NCBI RefSeq assembly: GCF_004010195.1
Contig: NC_057718.1
Span: 15,605,416-15,669,415 of the forward strand
Length of the DNA stretch: 64,000 bases
From: Chiloscyllium plagiosum
Lineage: Eukaryota
Direction: 5' to 3'
Under the pieces are notes generated by a model that was given only the letters and a program-made list of their open reading frames with translations, was not told where the DNA came from and searched no databases. Positions 54,601 through 64,000 of this stretch are shown piece after piece (within the stretch, counting starts at the first letter, position 1; every line of letters starts with the position of its first letter). A program made the position numbers and the translations under genes.

Positions 54601-57600
54601 CGATGTGGAGAATGTCATGGATAGCATGCTAAGCGAGGTGATCACAAGTGAGGATTACACAGGGAAGAAAGTAATGAGTAACCATCAAAGCAAAGGGCTC
54701 AGGAACAAAGTGCAGAAGACCCCTGTGATCATTCTACGCTTAAACAGTTATATCACTTTGGATCCTTTTGGGTCAGGATGGCCTCGCAGAGAAAAGCAGC
54801 ATCAGCCAAATCAATCAGACTATGGGTGGCTATATTGCACAGAAGGGGAGGTGAACAAGCAGCATGGTTATAGTGATAGGGGATTCAATAGTACAGGGAA
54901 AGGACAGATACTTCTGTGGCTGCAGACAGGAATCCAGGATGGAATGTTGCCTTCCTAGTACCAGGATCAGGGATGTCATGGAGCAGCTGCAGGTTCATTC
55001 TGGAGGGGGTGCACAGCCAGTGGGTTGTTAATACCTAGGTGTACCACAACATAAGTAAACAAAGGAATCAGAAACTGAAAGCTGAATATAGGATGTTAGA
55101 CAATAAATTAACATACAGAACCTCAAATGTAGTAATTTCAGGATTACTCCCAGTGTCATGTGCTAGTGAGAGAGCAGGAATATATGAAGGTGTGGCTTCC
55201 AAAAATGTAACCAGGGAGGAGTTTAGATTCTAAGGCATTACAACAGTTTCAGAGGTAGGTGGAATCTATACAAACCTGACAGGCTGAAATGGATACAGCT
55301 GGGACAAAAGTCTCCATAGGGCTTTTGCTAATTCTATTGGTGATTTTAAACTAGTACGGCAGGTAGATGGGTACCGAAGTGTAGGCTTAGATGGGTTATA
55401 TTCATATCAGGAAATTGGTGGTAGAATGTTAGTGATGCAATGAGCGACTCGAAAGACAAAGGAAATGAGGATTAAAAAGCTTCCAAAGGAAATTGACTCG
55501 ATGAGTATTACAAACAAGACAGGTGAACTAAGGGCACAGACAGACACATGAATGGAAAGCTGTTTCAAATGGCGTTCTGTAAGATTCGGTGTCAGGATCC
55601 CTGCTGCTTGACTTATATGTGAATGATTTGGACTTGAATGTGGACAGCACAATTGGGAAATTTAAAGACAACACAAAATTTGGCTGTGTAATGTAGAGGA
55701 TAGTTGTAAAACTCCAAAACAATATGGATGAGTTGGCGATATGGGCAGGAAGGTGGCAGATGGAAATCAACTCTGGTAAGTATGTGGTAATGTATTTAGG
55801 GCGGTCAAACATAAAAGGGAATACGCAATAAATGGAAATATACTGAGTTGGGTATATGAAGTGAGTAATTTTGTGTGCAAATCTTCAGGTTCCTGAAAGG
55901 TGGCAGTAAAGTTAGATAAAAGGTTGTAAAGAAGTTATAATATATAGAATGCACTGCTTCATTAGCAGAGCTATAGAATACAGAAGTAGGGATATAAAGG
56001 TGAACTGTGTAAGACACTGGGGCAGCCACAACTGGAGCTGTGCACAGTTCTGGTCACCATATTACAAGATAGACATATATTGCTCTGAAGACATTGCAGA
56101 GAAGGTTTACAAGAATGTTGCCAGGGCTGGAGAATTGAGCTGAGAAGAAATTGGAGAGGTTAAGGTTGTTTTCCTTGCAACAGAGCAGTACAAGGGACAC
56201 TATGATTGAGGTATACAAAATTATGAGGGGAGACAGAATAGCCAGGAGGAACCCTTTTTCTCCTTGACAATCAGTTCAAAACCTAGGGGTCATAGATGCA
56301 AGCTAAGTGGCAGAAGGATTAGAGGGGAAGTGAACAAAAACGTTTTACACTGTCGATGGAGATGTCTGGAATTCTGGGTGTCTGAGTTGGTGAAGGAGGA
56401 AGAGACTTTAAACTCTTTCATGTACACCTGGATCTGCACCTTAACTACAGGTTATGGGCCACGTGGAGGAAGGTGGGATTAGAAAGGGCATTTGGGTATC
56501 TTTGGGTCAGCATGGACAAAATAGGCCAAATGGCCCCCCTTCTGTCCTGTAAGACAGATATGAAAAGTGCTTAGGAACCACACAGGCCGATAGGAACACT
56601 GCATCATATCGAAAGGTCCATGTATTAACAACACAATAGAGAAATCACTAGCTGGATTATTTGGGGCTTGACAGGACAGATGTGGAGAGGCTCTTCCTCT
56701 TGTGAAAGGATCTAGGCCCAGAGAGGATAATCTCAGAGTAAGGGGTTGTCCATTTAAGATGAAATTGAGAGAGTACTTTTTCCTCGGAGGGCAATGAATC
56801 TGTGGAATTCTTTTCCATAGATGGCTGCAGAGGGTCATTTAGTGAGACACAGATTTTCATCAGCAAGCGAATCAAAGATATGGGACTAAGGCAGGGAAGA
56901 GCAGTTGAGGGTTATCTGATCAGCCATGATCTCTGGATGGCACAGCAGACTTGATTCGACTGTTTGAATTCATAAAATTGTAAATACCTCTTAAAAACAT
57001 TAACATGCAAACTTTTAAAATTTTGCCCCAAACTATAATGAAAAACTACAATTTGTTCAATACTAACTTAAGTTACCTCTTTGCATACATTGAATACATG
57101 GTTCCATAGGAAGGAAATGTTACCTCATAGAGGATTTGTCCTGAAGATAAACACTTGCGATCACCAAACGCCAACTGAAGTAAGTGCAGGCTAACCACAT
57201 CCCCTTCACTATAAACAAAGTCAAACAAGTAGTAAATTAACACTGAAGCGGCTAACTTTGTTAGTGTTTTATTACCATAAGAACCATTTTGCAGCGTGCC
57301 GACAGAGACTTAAACTACATATTTATGGTGTCCTTTAAAGTGACCAGAATATAAAATGGATACATAAAAAGTAAAGTGCTCCAGGAATACAAAGCACTGG
57401 AGAAATTATGTTGTGCAGTATATTAGATGCTAGCCTTTAACTCAATGAATTCCAATATTACACAGTCAAATGAACAACTTTTACACCACTCATCTATTTC
57501 TGATAAAATTTGTCTCTTGAACTCATTCCTAATGGGCATGGTCCCTTAGCAATGAATTTCCCCTAGCACAATGAATTTCCACAAATTGTCTCCTTCCTAT

Positions 57601-60600
57601 CGGAAAGATGTTGTGAAACTTGAAAGGGTTCAGAAAAGATTTACAAGGATGTTCCCAGTGTTGGAGGATTTGAGCTACAGGGAGAGGCTGAACAGGCTGG
57701 GGCTGTTTTCCCTGGAGTGTCAGAGGCTGAGGGGTGACCTTATAGAGGTTTACAAAATTATGAGGGGCATGGATAGGGTAAATAGGAAAAGTCTTTTCCC
57801 TGGGGTCAGGGAACTAGAGGGCATAGGTTTAGGGTGAGAGGGGAAGGATATAAAAGAGACCTACGGGGACACTTTTTCAAGCAGAGGGTGGTACGTGTAT
57901 GGAATGAGCTGCCAGAGGAAGAAGTGGTGGAGGCTGGTACAATTGCAACATTTAAGAGGCATTTGGATGGGTATATGAATAGGAAGGGTTTGGAGGGATA
58001 TGGGCTGGGTGCTGGCAGGTGGGACTAGATTGGGTTGGGAAATCTGGTCGGCATGGACGAGTTGGACCGAAGGGTCTGTATCCATGCTGTACATCTCTAA
58101 GGCTCTATGACTACTGGCACAGGATTTACAGCATAAAAACAGAACACAGCAACGCAACTATGCCACTGTTTATGCCCCACTGGAGTCCCTTTCTGTCTCT
58201 CCTCATTTGGATGGAGAACTGTAGAAAAGGTCTCTGGAACATTAGGGATTACTTTCGTGCCACATTGTAACTTTAAGATGGACCTGTGTTGGGTCCGATT
58301 CAGGAATGGTTAATCTGTATGTTTGAAACCCAAAGTATAAATTTTACAAAAGACATCAAATTTGCTCAACAACTATATAGCAACATTTTTAGAAATAATT
58401 TTTGTTTAAACATATAATTATGGATACTCACCCATCCTGTGCAGACTGTACAGCCCAAAGGTAACAGCAGTTCCGAGGGTCATTCTCAGGCTCCTGAAAA
58501 GTGAATGCGTAGACAGGTACTTTTCCTCCTTCCAACTGTGAGTAGTATCTGTATCAAGGGAAAAGGATTTCATCAAATCGACTATTTTCAACAGTCCACG
58601 AGAACGTGTCAGTAATTGTTACTAATGCGTGGACGTTCTTCTTCAGAATCACTGTTCTATTTATACTTGAAAAAGTAAACATGGCAAATTTTAGGGAATC
58701 AGAATCAATAAAGACACCCAAGAAGTTTCAATCAGCATTAAGTGTACAAAACCTAAACTTTCTAACACTCACTCTTTTTTCAAAGTCTTCAGGTTCCAGA
58801 GTTGAACATAACCATTAGCAAACCCAACTACCAATTGGTTTGTTCTTGGCACATAGCTCATTGCGGAGGCTGCTATTGCTGATGGACTTTGCAACTGAAA
58901 GCACAGGTGTCGCCCTTCCCTCATCACAGTTTCTCTCATTCGAGGAATTTCAGCAGGGGATCTATTGATCACTTCAAGATCTGAAGAAAGAAAAAGTTAG
59001 AATACAGCAAGTGTAAAATATCTCAAGTTAATTTTTTAAACACAGCCAAGGCTCAGTGAAAAATCTGAGTGAACGAACAGCTGATCACAATGAGCCCACA
59101 TTCAACTTCTTTTCAAAAGAGGATCTATATCATAATGTTTTAAGTTGTGGAACCAAGATTAATACTTGATGACAACTATTTTTCTATTTAAATATTAGTA
59201 TACATAAGCTTATGCCACAAAAGTCAGTTGTTTGACCATGACTGCCTTAGCAAGAATCAATCAGCACGAAGACTGCGTTTCTTGGCTTTCATATTCATGG
59301 CAGACCTCAGCACTATGCAGGGTGTAATCTCTTCTCATTGGTTTCGGTTTGTCAGGCACACAACACTTGGTGTACAGGATTAATGCCTAGGGCTTCCCTG
59401 CCAAGAGATTGTGAAAGCACAAGATCATATTTAGCAACCTGATTGCTCATAATCCTCCTAGACTTCCATATACTTTTTCAAAACTTGCAGAAGCAGGTTG
59501 TGTACTGGAGGCCAACAAAACATTTGGTGAGAAAAGAGGACAGTTGGAAAAATTAGCTTCCAGAACTTAGCCCAACCAATTAAACCTTGTAACGCTGCCA
59601 GTTTCCATTCATTTTCACCAAGATGCAGGACAGGGAAGCAAGGCAGAGATATAATGGATACAATGTCAAGATGTCCCTAAGAATGGATACAAAAAAAACC
59701 CAACAAACCAGGAATGAAAACATGAAATGCTTACATTGTCATACTAAACTGTGGTGGGTTTAACAATTCAGTTCACTCATCCAATATCAAAGAGCTGGAG
59801 AATAACTTGGAGAGTTTCAGATTAAAGATATTTCCTCTCCATAGGTTAGCTGCATCACTGTCTTCAAGAAAACAATTAACATTGTTTTCATAGGTGCTTG
59901 GTTATCTGAGCATGGCGGTGGAGATAATTTGGAAAGGGCAAAGAAATGAAACAATAAGTATTTGGTGAACCTTTGTATATTATTGTAGTACCAACTAGGT
60001 GAATGGACTAATGGCAAGGGAAGTTAATGCAAATTTCACAGATAACAACTGATATTATTATTTTCATTCTCAGTCACAGTTAAGCAGACAAATTTACCTG
60101 CTGGTTCTTGTTCACTTTGACAGCATGAGAAGTCATCCAAGCAGAGGTCAATGAGCAGAACATGTCCTGTATCGGTTACAACAGCTACTATGCCAAAAAA
60201 CCACCGTAGACTCTGATTCAAGCGCTGTGTACTGGCAGTGGCACCTCCATGATTAACTATTGGTTCAATAGCAGTCACCTGAGATTTAAAAAGAAAAAAT
60301 GATGAATTTTGCACAATTTTAAAAATGCAATATAATAGATCTAAAAATCTTGACGTTGAATGAAAACTAGAAACAAACAAATTGATATATGCTAATTTAT
60401 GCTAATTTCAATGCTGTGTTTCAACATCATGCACCTCATAGCAATGCCCTCTGTTTCTTTTCAGCTACTTCATATTTGGCCCTTCAAGTCATTTTTAGGG
60501 TGGACTTGGAGAAGGAGAACAGGAAAGCTACAGTGAAGAAATGTGGCAGATGGTATTTGCTTGCAGGTCCATCATGGGTTGCAACATTAAAGTTAATAAA

Positions 60601-63600
60601 TCCAACTTGTACAACAACAACAACAAAAAAAAAATCAAACAAAAGCTCCAAAAAAATTAAAAACATTTATTTCATAGCTGAAGAGTCCAGTTTATGCCAC
60701 AGCATATCTAGATAAATCGGGAAGGAGAACACAGTGTAATATCACTACGGAGTTTGATGCTGGGTACTGGTCACGTCTTCCCTGAACACTCTAATGGTAC
60801 TGTTACCAGGAATAATGAGTATTTTTTTCCAAAAGAACTCTATGCAAATACAGTAGAAACTAAATTCCTGTTGCAATTGTGAAATGGTGCTATTCACAAC
60901 TTCACCACAAAATGTGAAAATTTGATTAAATAACCAATTTTAACCAACTACCAAATTCAGGTTACAATAATATGCTCAGATTTTTAATATTAATAAGCAA
61001 ATTACTACTTATTGTAATTGAACTGTTCTTAACCAATGCCAAAAAACACAAACACAAATTGCTAACTTATATCTCTATACTTAAATTCTACTTAAAAAAA
61101 AAAAATTATGGAACCACAGGCAAGACACACAAAGATGGGTGGAGAGGGAACAAAGAAAAGTCAGTGATGGACAGTTCAGGCACTAGTCCAGATTATGCAT
61201 AATTGGATGCTTTCCTTCAGTTCGTTACGACTCTGAGGGCACAAGATTATGAATATATCAATTCACTAGTTGAAAAATCACTCTTTCGATTTAAGAGGTT
61301 TTTTTTTCTTTATTTCTTTCAACTGCAAAATTTGCAGAGACAGCCATTTACTGAAAATGGCAAGCAAAAACAGCTATCAGATCTTCTGTTATATCTCTAC
61401 ACAGGAGGAGGGAGAGAAATTCAGGTGCTTTCTCTTTACAGACTTGATGTTTCTCCTGCATCGACCAAACAAAGCTATAGCTATTTAACCAAATAATTAC
61501 TATCCTGAACACTCCCGAAAAAAAATACAATATCAAAAAAATTGTCCTCTGGGTAAAACTGCACCTAACACACCCATAGAGTTGATGAGTTGACTGCAAC
61601 ATTTTAGATACAATTTAGAATGAATTCCAGTAAACCACTTAGAGTCAGAGTCATAGAAGGGACAGCATAGAACCAGACCCTTTGGTCCAACTCATCCATG
61701 CTGACCAGATTCCTAAATAAATCTAGTCCCATTTGCCAGCAATTGGCCCATACCCCTCTAAATCCTTCCTATTCATGTATCCAGATGCCTTTTAAATATT
61801 GTAATTGTACCAGCCTCCACCACCTCCTTTGGCAGCTTGTTCCAGACATGGGCTACCCTCCGCATGAAAAGGTTGCACCTTAGGTCGCTTTTAAATTTTT
61901 CTCCTCTCACCTTAAACGTGTGCTCACCAGTTCTGGACTCCCGTTATACCAGGGAAAAGACCATGGCTGTTCACCATTTCCATGCCCATGATTTTATCAA
62001 TCTTTATAAGGTCATCTCTCAGCCCCTGATGCTCCAAGGAAGATATCCCCAGCCTTTTCAGCCTCTCCTTATGGCTCAAACCCTCCAACCCTGGCAACAT
62101 CCATTTAAATCTTTTCTTGACCCTTGCAAGTTTCACAACATCCTTCTTACAACAGGGAGACCAGAAGTGCATGCAGTATTCCAAAAGTGGCCTAACCAAT
62201 GTCCTGTACAGCTGCAACATGACCTCCCAATTCCTAGATCACTGCACTGACCAACAAAGGCAAGCTTACCAAACACCTTCACTATCCTACCTACCTGCAA
62301 CTCCATTATGAAAGAACTATGAACTCGCACTTCTTATAACTGAAAGGTCTTTCCCAATTTGGTTTAAAGCAGTATCTTTTCCCATTTTCATAAATTCGCA
62401 ATTCAAATAAAACGGGTTCTTTCATTCAAATATTACAGAAAAAAAACTGAGAAGGTACGAGAACAGAATAATAAAATTAGAAAGTGAATAGATTAACTAT
62501 CTTTATAGCAAACATCTTTTGAACAACCAGATTTTGACTAATGTCAAGATGCGACCTTTTAAAAAGATCAAATCTTATTTGAAACATATCCATCAGAACA
62601 TATATTCCTCAGCTTGTGGGTTTAAAAATTTATACTGTAAGAAATATTGAAATCGCATCTTAACAGTACTAATTAAAAATGGAACTCAAGTCTGACCAGA
62701 AATTAAGTTGAACGACACTTGCTTCCTGACTAAATGCTGGTAACATGGGACACTTCGAAAGCCACTAAGTTTCAGGTATGGAATATGAACAGGGTTTTAT
62801 TATTTACTTCAATAGTCAAAATGTAGATGGACAAGATAGGTAAGGGAGAGGGAGATGCAGAATCTCAAACCAGAGTTGTTGAAGGAAATGTCTAAAATTG
62901 GGAAGATAATTAGGAAAATAATTGAAAGTAGGTGGTACATCCATGCACCTGTTAACCTTGTTCTTCAAGGCAGAAGTGAAGAGTTTGGAAGGTACAGTAA
63001 AAGAAGTTTGCTGAACTGATGCAGTACATCTTTATTGTATGAACAATACCATTGAAGAAACTGAATGTTTTGGGCGCTTACAGTGCCAATCAAGTAGGTT
63101 GCCTTATCCAAGATGACATTAAGCTCAACTTTGCCTTATTCAGACAGTGGAGAGCATAGCATGCACAAGACTTGTACCTTTTAGATGATACAATTAAAGG
63201 ATGCCACTTGCTACAGATTACCTGTAAGGTAAACTGGAATACATGTGCAATGTTAAAGATTGTCTACTTTGCATGCAAAGTCTGATGTAAAGAAAGTAAT
63301 AACATAAAAGTTCAAATCAATTTGGAATGAAACAGGCAATGCAATAGTCCTGACTCATATGGAGAAGGACAGGACTTTTCCTTGCAACTAAAGGGTTATT
63401 AGTAACTATTGCTTAGCATCCAAATGGCATCAATGCAAAAATTAACATTTTTTTCTTAAATGGCAATGGCATAATTCATTAAGGCTAAAGACTCTCATTA
63501 GGCATAATTCTAATTAATGTATTCAGTTGTAAAGGGAATAAGGATTGCGGTAAAAGACATATTAAAACATACCTTGCCAGGGAGAAACACTGATTTAACA

Positions 63601-63826
63601 ACTCTGGACACTGCAAGGTCGTAAAGGCAGAGGATGCTACCTTCAGATTCTTTTAATCCTATTAATAATCCGGTTCTTTTCAACCAGCAGAATTCTTTTA
63701 CAGCCAGAATAGTTGGGGGTTGTTCTCCAACTCCACGGAATCTATAAGCTGAAAGTCGTTCACCTGTGATTGAGTTAAGCAGCTCTAAATGAGCGCCACA
63801 AGCTAGCCAGGCCAATCCATTTCTAC
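3564..63826 (-). CDS. AHCTF1: AHCTF1/ELYS nucleoporin gene span (partial; 29 coding exons listed separately; first coding exon lies outside the window)
   Basis: Exon translations match vertebrate ELYS as I recall it (e.g. [62 protein letters not shown]). All introns are GT-AG, phases chain correctly and the exons sum to 4362 nt. Confidence 0.97.
4662..6357 (+). mobile_element. Penelope-like retroelement (decayed RT + GIY-YIG endonuclease) with an inverted 3' copy on its left
   Basis: [13 protein letters not shown] and NMDDNF (RT); [29 protein letters not shown] (GIY-YIG); 4662-~5200 is the reverse complement of ~5783-6322. Confidence 0.9.
7320..7680 (+). mobile_element. Old CR1 LINE 3' fragment
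   Basis: Degenerate CR1 C-terminus and 3' UTR ending cctaattcttatgttctta. Confidence 0.7.
7772..7898 (-). CDS. AHCTF1: AHCTF1 exon (127 nt), predicted
   Basis: [18 protein letters not shown]...LESANE; ttctgttgttag / gtaaac; bridges phase 1 to phase 2 exactly; no recognisable homology. Confidence 0.72.
8019..8520 (-). CDS. AHCTF1: AHCTF1 exon (502 nt), acidic, probably disordered region
   Basis: Open frame [10 protein letters not shown]...MGELTPDDE...[10 protein letters not shown]...ECEE; tag / gtaagt; phases 0-1. Confidence 0.85.
8820..9236. mobile_element. Miniature Penelope derivative: two inverted 3'-end copies
   Basis: 8820-~9035 and ~9036-9236 both match the 3' end of the 4662-6357 element, in opposite orientations. 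Confidence 0.85.
10193..10390 (-). CDS. AHCTF1: AHCTF1 exon (198 nt) with SILR and KISF motifs
   Basis: [27 protein letters not shown]...[19 protein letters not shown]; tag / gtatgt. Confidence 0.92.
10721..10916 (-). CDS. AHCTF1: AHCTF1 exon (196 nt)
   Basis: ILDSVQQLK...[18 protein letters not shown]; tag / gtttgc; phases 2-0 fit. Confidence 0.88.
11180..11712 (-). mobile_element. CR1 LINE 3' fragment
   Basis: Minus-strand FKRHLDIYL peptide; agagtc tail. Confidence 0.8.
12870..13205 (+). mobile_element. Old tRNA-derived SINE (SacSINE/Deu-like); related copies at ~13560-13900(-), ~23000-23300(+), ~25420-25680(+), ~27490-27810(-)
   Basis: The motifs ggttcaaatcc, tgaattcaat and ggttcact...tttagggaagga recur in these copies; the family name is from recall. 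Confidence 0.55.
14020..16105 (+). mobile_element. 5'-truncated CR1-clade LINE ORF2 (RT) with frameshifts
   Basis: [47 protein letters not shown]; tail gggccgaagggcctgtactgcgctg. Confidence 0.95.
16737..17320 (+). mobile_element. CR1 LINE 3' fragment with an internal deletion
   Basis: [28 protein letters not shown]; same tail as 14020-16105. Confidence 0.9.
17606..17865. repeat. Near-perfect tandem duplication (17606-17734 / 17735-17865)
   Basis: 129- and 131-nt units that differ by a 2-nt ct indel. Confidence 0.9.
18357..18633 (-). mobile_element. HE1-like SINE (5'-truncated)
   Basis: Reverse-complement relative of 2129-2440, including the B box and core. Confidence 0.85.
19823..19930 (-). 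CDS. AHCTF1: AHCTF1 exon (108 nt)
   Basis: [35 protein letters not shown] (AFxGTPI motif as in vertebrate ELYS); cag / gtagct; phases 2-2 fit. Confidence 0.88.
20425..22025 (+). mobile_element. 5'-truncated CR1 LINE ORF2 (RT)
   Basis: 254-aa RT ORF 20682-21446 ([34 protein letters not shown]); ctctatgac tail. Confidence 0.95.
22662..22812 (-). CDS. AHCTF1: AHCTF1 exon (151 nt)
   Basis: [49 protein letters not shown]; cag / gtaaca. Confidence 0.93.
23590..24225 (+). mobile_element. CR1 LINE fragment (partly duplicated at 24552-24932)
   Basis: [15 protein letters not shown] and KLETVQKRF peptides. Confidence 0.85.
24401..24545 (-). other. AHCTF1: Tandemly duplicated copy of the 145-nt AHCTF1 exon (pseudo-exon or alternative exon)
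   Basis: Identical by eye to 25108-25252; donor gtgtga retained; acceptor reduced to gaggtctttcag by the duplication junction. Confidence 0.85.
25108..25252 (-). CDS. AHCTF1: AHCTF1 exon (145 nt), copy that keeps the native acceptor
   Basis: [48 protein letters not shown]; long T-tract + cag / gtgtga. Confidence 0.93.
26509..26637 (-). CDS. AHCTF1: AHCTF1 exon (129 nt)
   Basis: [43 protein letters not shown]; cag / gtaggt. Confidence 0.92.
26840..26984 (-). CDS. AHCTF1: AHCTF1 exon (145 nt)
   Basis: [48 protein letters not shown]; aag / gtaaag. Confidence 0.95.
28132..28322 (-). CDS. AHCTF1: AHCTF1 exon (191 nt)
   Basis: [39 protein letters not shown]...LHLTVLLFN; aag / gtaact. Confidence 0.95.
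29277..30425 (+). mobile_element. Cluster of decayed Penelope-family fragments
   Basis: Similar to the reverse complement of 43710-44826; degenerate hammerhead-like cores at ~29281-29308 and ~29973-30005. Confidence 0.6.
32410..32556 (-). CDS. AHCTF1: AHCTF1 exon (147 nt), ELYS helical domain
   Basis: [24 protein letters not shown]...[14 protein letters not shown]; cag / gtaagt. Confidence 0.95.
32557..32727 (-). other. U12-type (minor spliceosome) GT-AG intron, 171 nt
   Basis: 5' splice site GTATCCTTT; branch-point motif CCTTAAC (32570-32576) just upstream of the terminal CAG; no long polypyrimidine tract. Confidence 0.9.
32728..32784 (-). CDS. AHCTF1: AHCTF1 exon (57 nt), followed by the U12-type intron
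   Basis: [19 protein letters not shown]; cag / GTATCCTTT. Confidence 0.93.
32871..32994 (-). CDS. AHCTF1: AHCTF1 exon (124 nt)
   Basis: [41 protein letters not shown]; cag / gtaaga. Confidence 0.95.
33251..33350 (-). CDS. AHCTF1: AHCTF1 exon (100 nt)
   Basis: [32 protein letters not shown]; tag / gtatgt. Confidence 0.93.
33458..33562 (-). CDS. AHCTF1: AHCTF1 exon (105 nt)
   Basis: [34 protein letters not shown]; cag / gtaaca. Confidence 0.93.
33844..33984 (-). CDS. AHCTF1: AHCTF1 exon (141 nt)
   Basis: [29 protein letters not shown]...AQELTER; tag / gtgtgt. Confidence 0.93.
34870..35355 (+). mobile_element. Old LINE 3' fragment sharing its tail with the Deu-like SINEs
   Basis: Tail aattaaggatagcaataaatactggc resembles the SINE tail at ~23240-23270. 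Confidence 0.45.
35700..36550 (-). mobile_element. CR1 LINE 3' part
   Basis: ORF 35908-36651: [31 protein letters not shown]. Confidence 0.93.
37217..37920 (-). mobile_element. CR1 LINE 3' part with internal deletions
   Basis: [30 protein letters not shown]. Confidence 0.9.
38450..38539 (-). CDS. AHCTF1: AHCTF1 exon (90 nt)
   Basis: [29 protein letters not shown]; aag / gtaagt. Confidence 0.93.
40360..41305 (+). mobile_element. Old CR1 LINE 3' part
   Basis: Degenerate [16 protein letters not shown] and PHLEYCIQF; tail cctaattcctatgttcctatg. Confidence 0.85.
42175..42415 (+). mobile_element. Penelope RT N-terminal fragment
   Basis: Reads [25 protein letters not shown], matching the Penelope IKPADKG motif. 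Confidence 0.7.
43274..43364 (-). CDS. AHCTF1: AHCTF1 exon (91 nt)
   Basis: [30 protein letters not shown]; aag / gtaagc. Confidence 0.93.
43710..44826 (-). mobile_element. Second Penelope-family element (decayed; GIY-YIG region)
   Basis: [16 protein letters not shown] (GIY-YIG), [21 protein letters not shown]. Confidence 0.8.
45733..45900. mobile_element. Palindromic Penelope-derived miniature with a hammerhead core
   Basis: 45733-45778 pairs with 45822-45864; the loop carries, on the minus strand, CTGATGA-A-GGGC-tcag-GCCC-GAAA-TG-TC. Confidence 0.75.
46693..46821 (-). CDS. AHCTF1: AHCTF1 exon (129 nt)
   Basis: [43 protein letters not shown]; tag / gtaagt. Confidence 0.95.
48046..48562 (-). 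mobile_element. Penelope 3' fragment inserted into an old CR1 (47826-48725), with TSD-like repeats
   Basis: Matches the 4662-6357 family; flanked by agctgt(c/g)aattttaa at 48031-48045 and 48563-48577. Confidence 0.8.
48762..48823 (-). CDS. AHCTF1: AHCTF1 exon (62 nt)
   Basis: [20 protein letters not shown]; cag / gtgaga. Confidence 0.93.
50165..50770 (+). mobile_element. Old CR1 LINE 3' fragment
   Basis: Degenerate CR1 C-terminal coding sequence and 3' UTR. Confidence 0.7.
52478..52659 (-). CDS. AHCTF1: AHCTF1 exon (182 nt)
   Basis: [16 protein letters not shown]...[20 protein letters not shown]; cag / gtgagt. Confidence 0.95.
53467..53599 (-). CDS. AHCTF1: AHCTF1 exon (133 nt)
   Basis: [43 protein letters not shown]; cag / gttaga. 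Confidence 0.95.
53838..53988 (-). CDS. AHCTF1: AHCTF1 exon (151 nt)
   Basis: [13 protein letters not shown]...[22 protein letters not shown]; tag / gtgagt. Confidence 0.95.
54430..56540 (+). mobile_element. Decayed CR1 LINE retaining ORF1 remnants (Cys motif, SGNH/GDSL esterase), with most of ORF2 deleted
   Basis: VMCSSC at ~54465; [18 protein letters not shown] at ~54866-54920; then a jump to RT 3' motifs at ~55550. Confidence 0.8.
57124..57208 (-). CDS. AHCTF1: AHCTF1 exon (85 nt)
   Basis: [28 protein letters not shown]; tag / gtaaca. Confidence 0.95.
57587..58112 (+). mobile_element. CR1 LINE 3' fragment (same subfamily as 20425-22025)
   Basis: [29 protein letters not shown]. Confidence 0.92.
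58432..58548 (-). CDS. AHCTF1: AHCTF1 exon (117 nt)
   Basis: [38 protein letters not shown]; cag / gtgagt. Confidence 0.95.
58773..58980 (-). CDS. AHCTF1: AHCTF1 exon (208 nt)
   Basis: [29 protein letters not shown]...LWNLKTLKK; cag / gtgagt. Confidence 0.95.
60098..60278 (-). CDS. AHCTF1: AHCTF1 exon (181 nt)
   Basis: [17 protein letters not shown]...[15 protein letters not shown]; cag / gtaaat. Confidence 0.95.
61640..62330 (-). mobile_element. CR1 LINE 3' fragment
   Basis: [22 protein letters not shown]. Confidence 0.9.
63573..63826 (-). CDS. AHCTF1: AHCTF1 exon (254 nt), beta-propeller region
   Basis: [29 protein letters not shown]...VFLPGK; ttcag acceptor, gtatgt donor. Confidence 0.95.
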
Positions 63827-64000
63827 CTGAAAGAGAAACACAAGCGAATCAACACATTTATTCTGACAAATAAAAATTTCCTTTAAAACCTTAAGTGAAA
63901 CATTTTGATCTTTGAAAAAGAGCATATAAATTCAGAAAACTAAAATTGTAAATGTCTTTTAGGAAAGGAAACTAAAATGTACCAGATCTGCCCTATCAGA

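Noticed and set aside
901..62330. Orientation bias of CR1 copies against the gene strand
   Set aside because: Roughly 12 antisense versus 8 sense copies by eye; not convincing.
1..64000. CRISPR arrays, prokaryotic operons or defence systems
   Set aside because: The sequence is a spliced vertebrate gene; there is no repeat-spacer periodicity, and most short ORFs in the track are antisense to exons, transposon-derived or random.

Overview
Vertebrate nuclear DNA, most likely a cartilaginous fish (shark): it carries HE1-type tRNA-SINEs, CR1/HER1-type LINEs and Penelope-like elements. The window is mostly one minus-strand gene, AHCTF1 (nucleoporin ELYS/MEL-28). I could read 29 coding exons (63826 down to 3564; 4362 nt, 1454 codons) with GT-AG ends and consistent phases. 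The start-codon exon lies beyond the right edge. The introns are filled with decayed retroelements. Main highlights: (1) minimal hammerhead-ribozyme cores in several Penelope-derived repeat families, one with an intact core at 1300-1334; (2) a 707-bp tandem duplication that copies a whole 145-nt coding exon, identical in both copies although the flanks differ by about 3%; (3) a U12-type minor intron; (4) a candidate early terminal exon that would remove the ELYS C-terminal chromatin-binding tail; (5) an unexplained inverted repeat with ~90-bp arms near the left edge. All alignments and counts were done by eye, and repeat boundaries are approximate.
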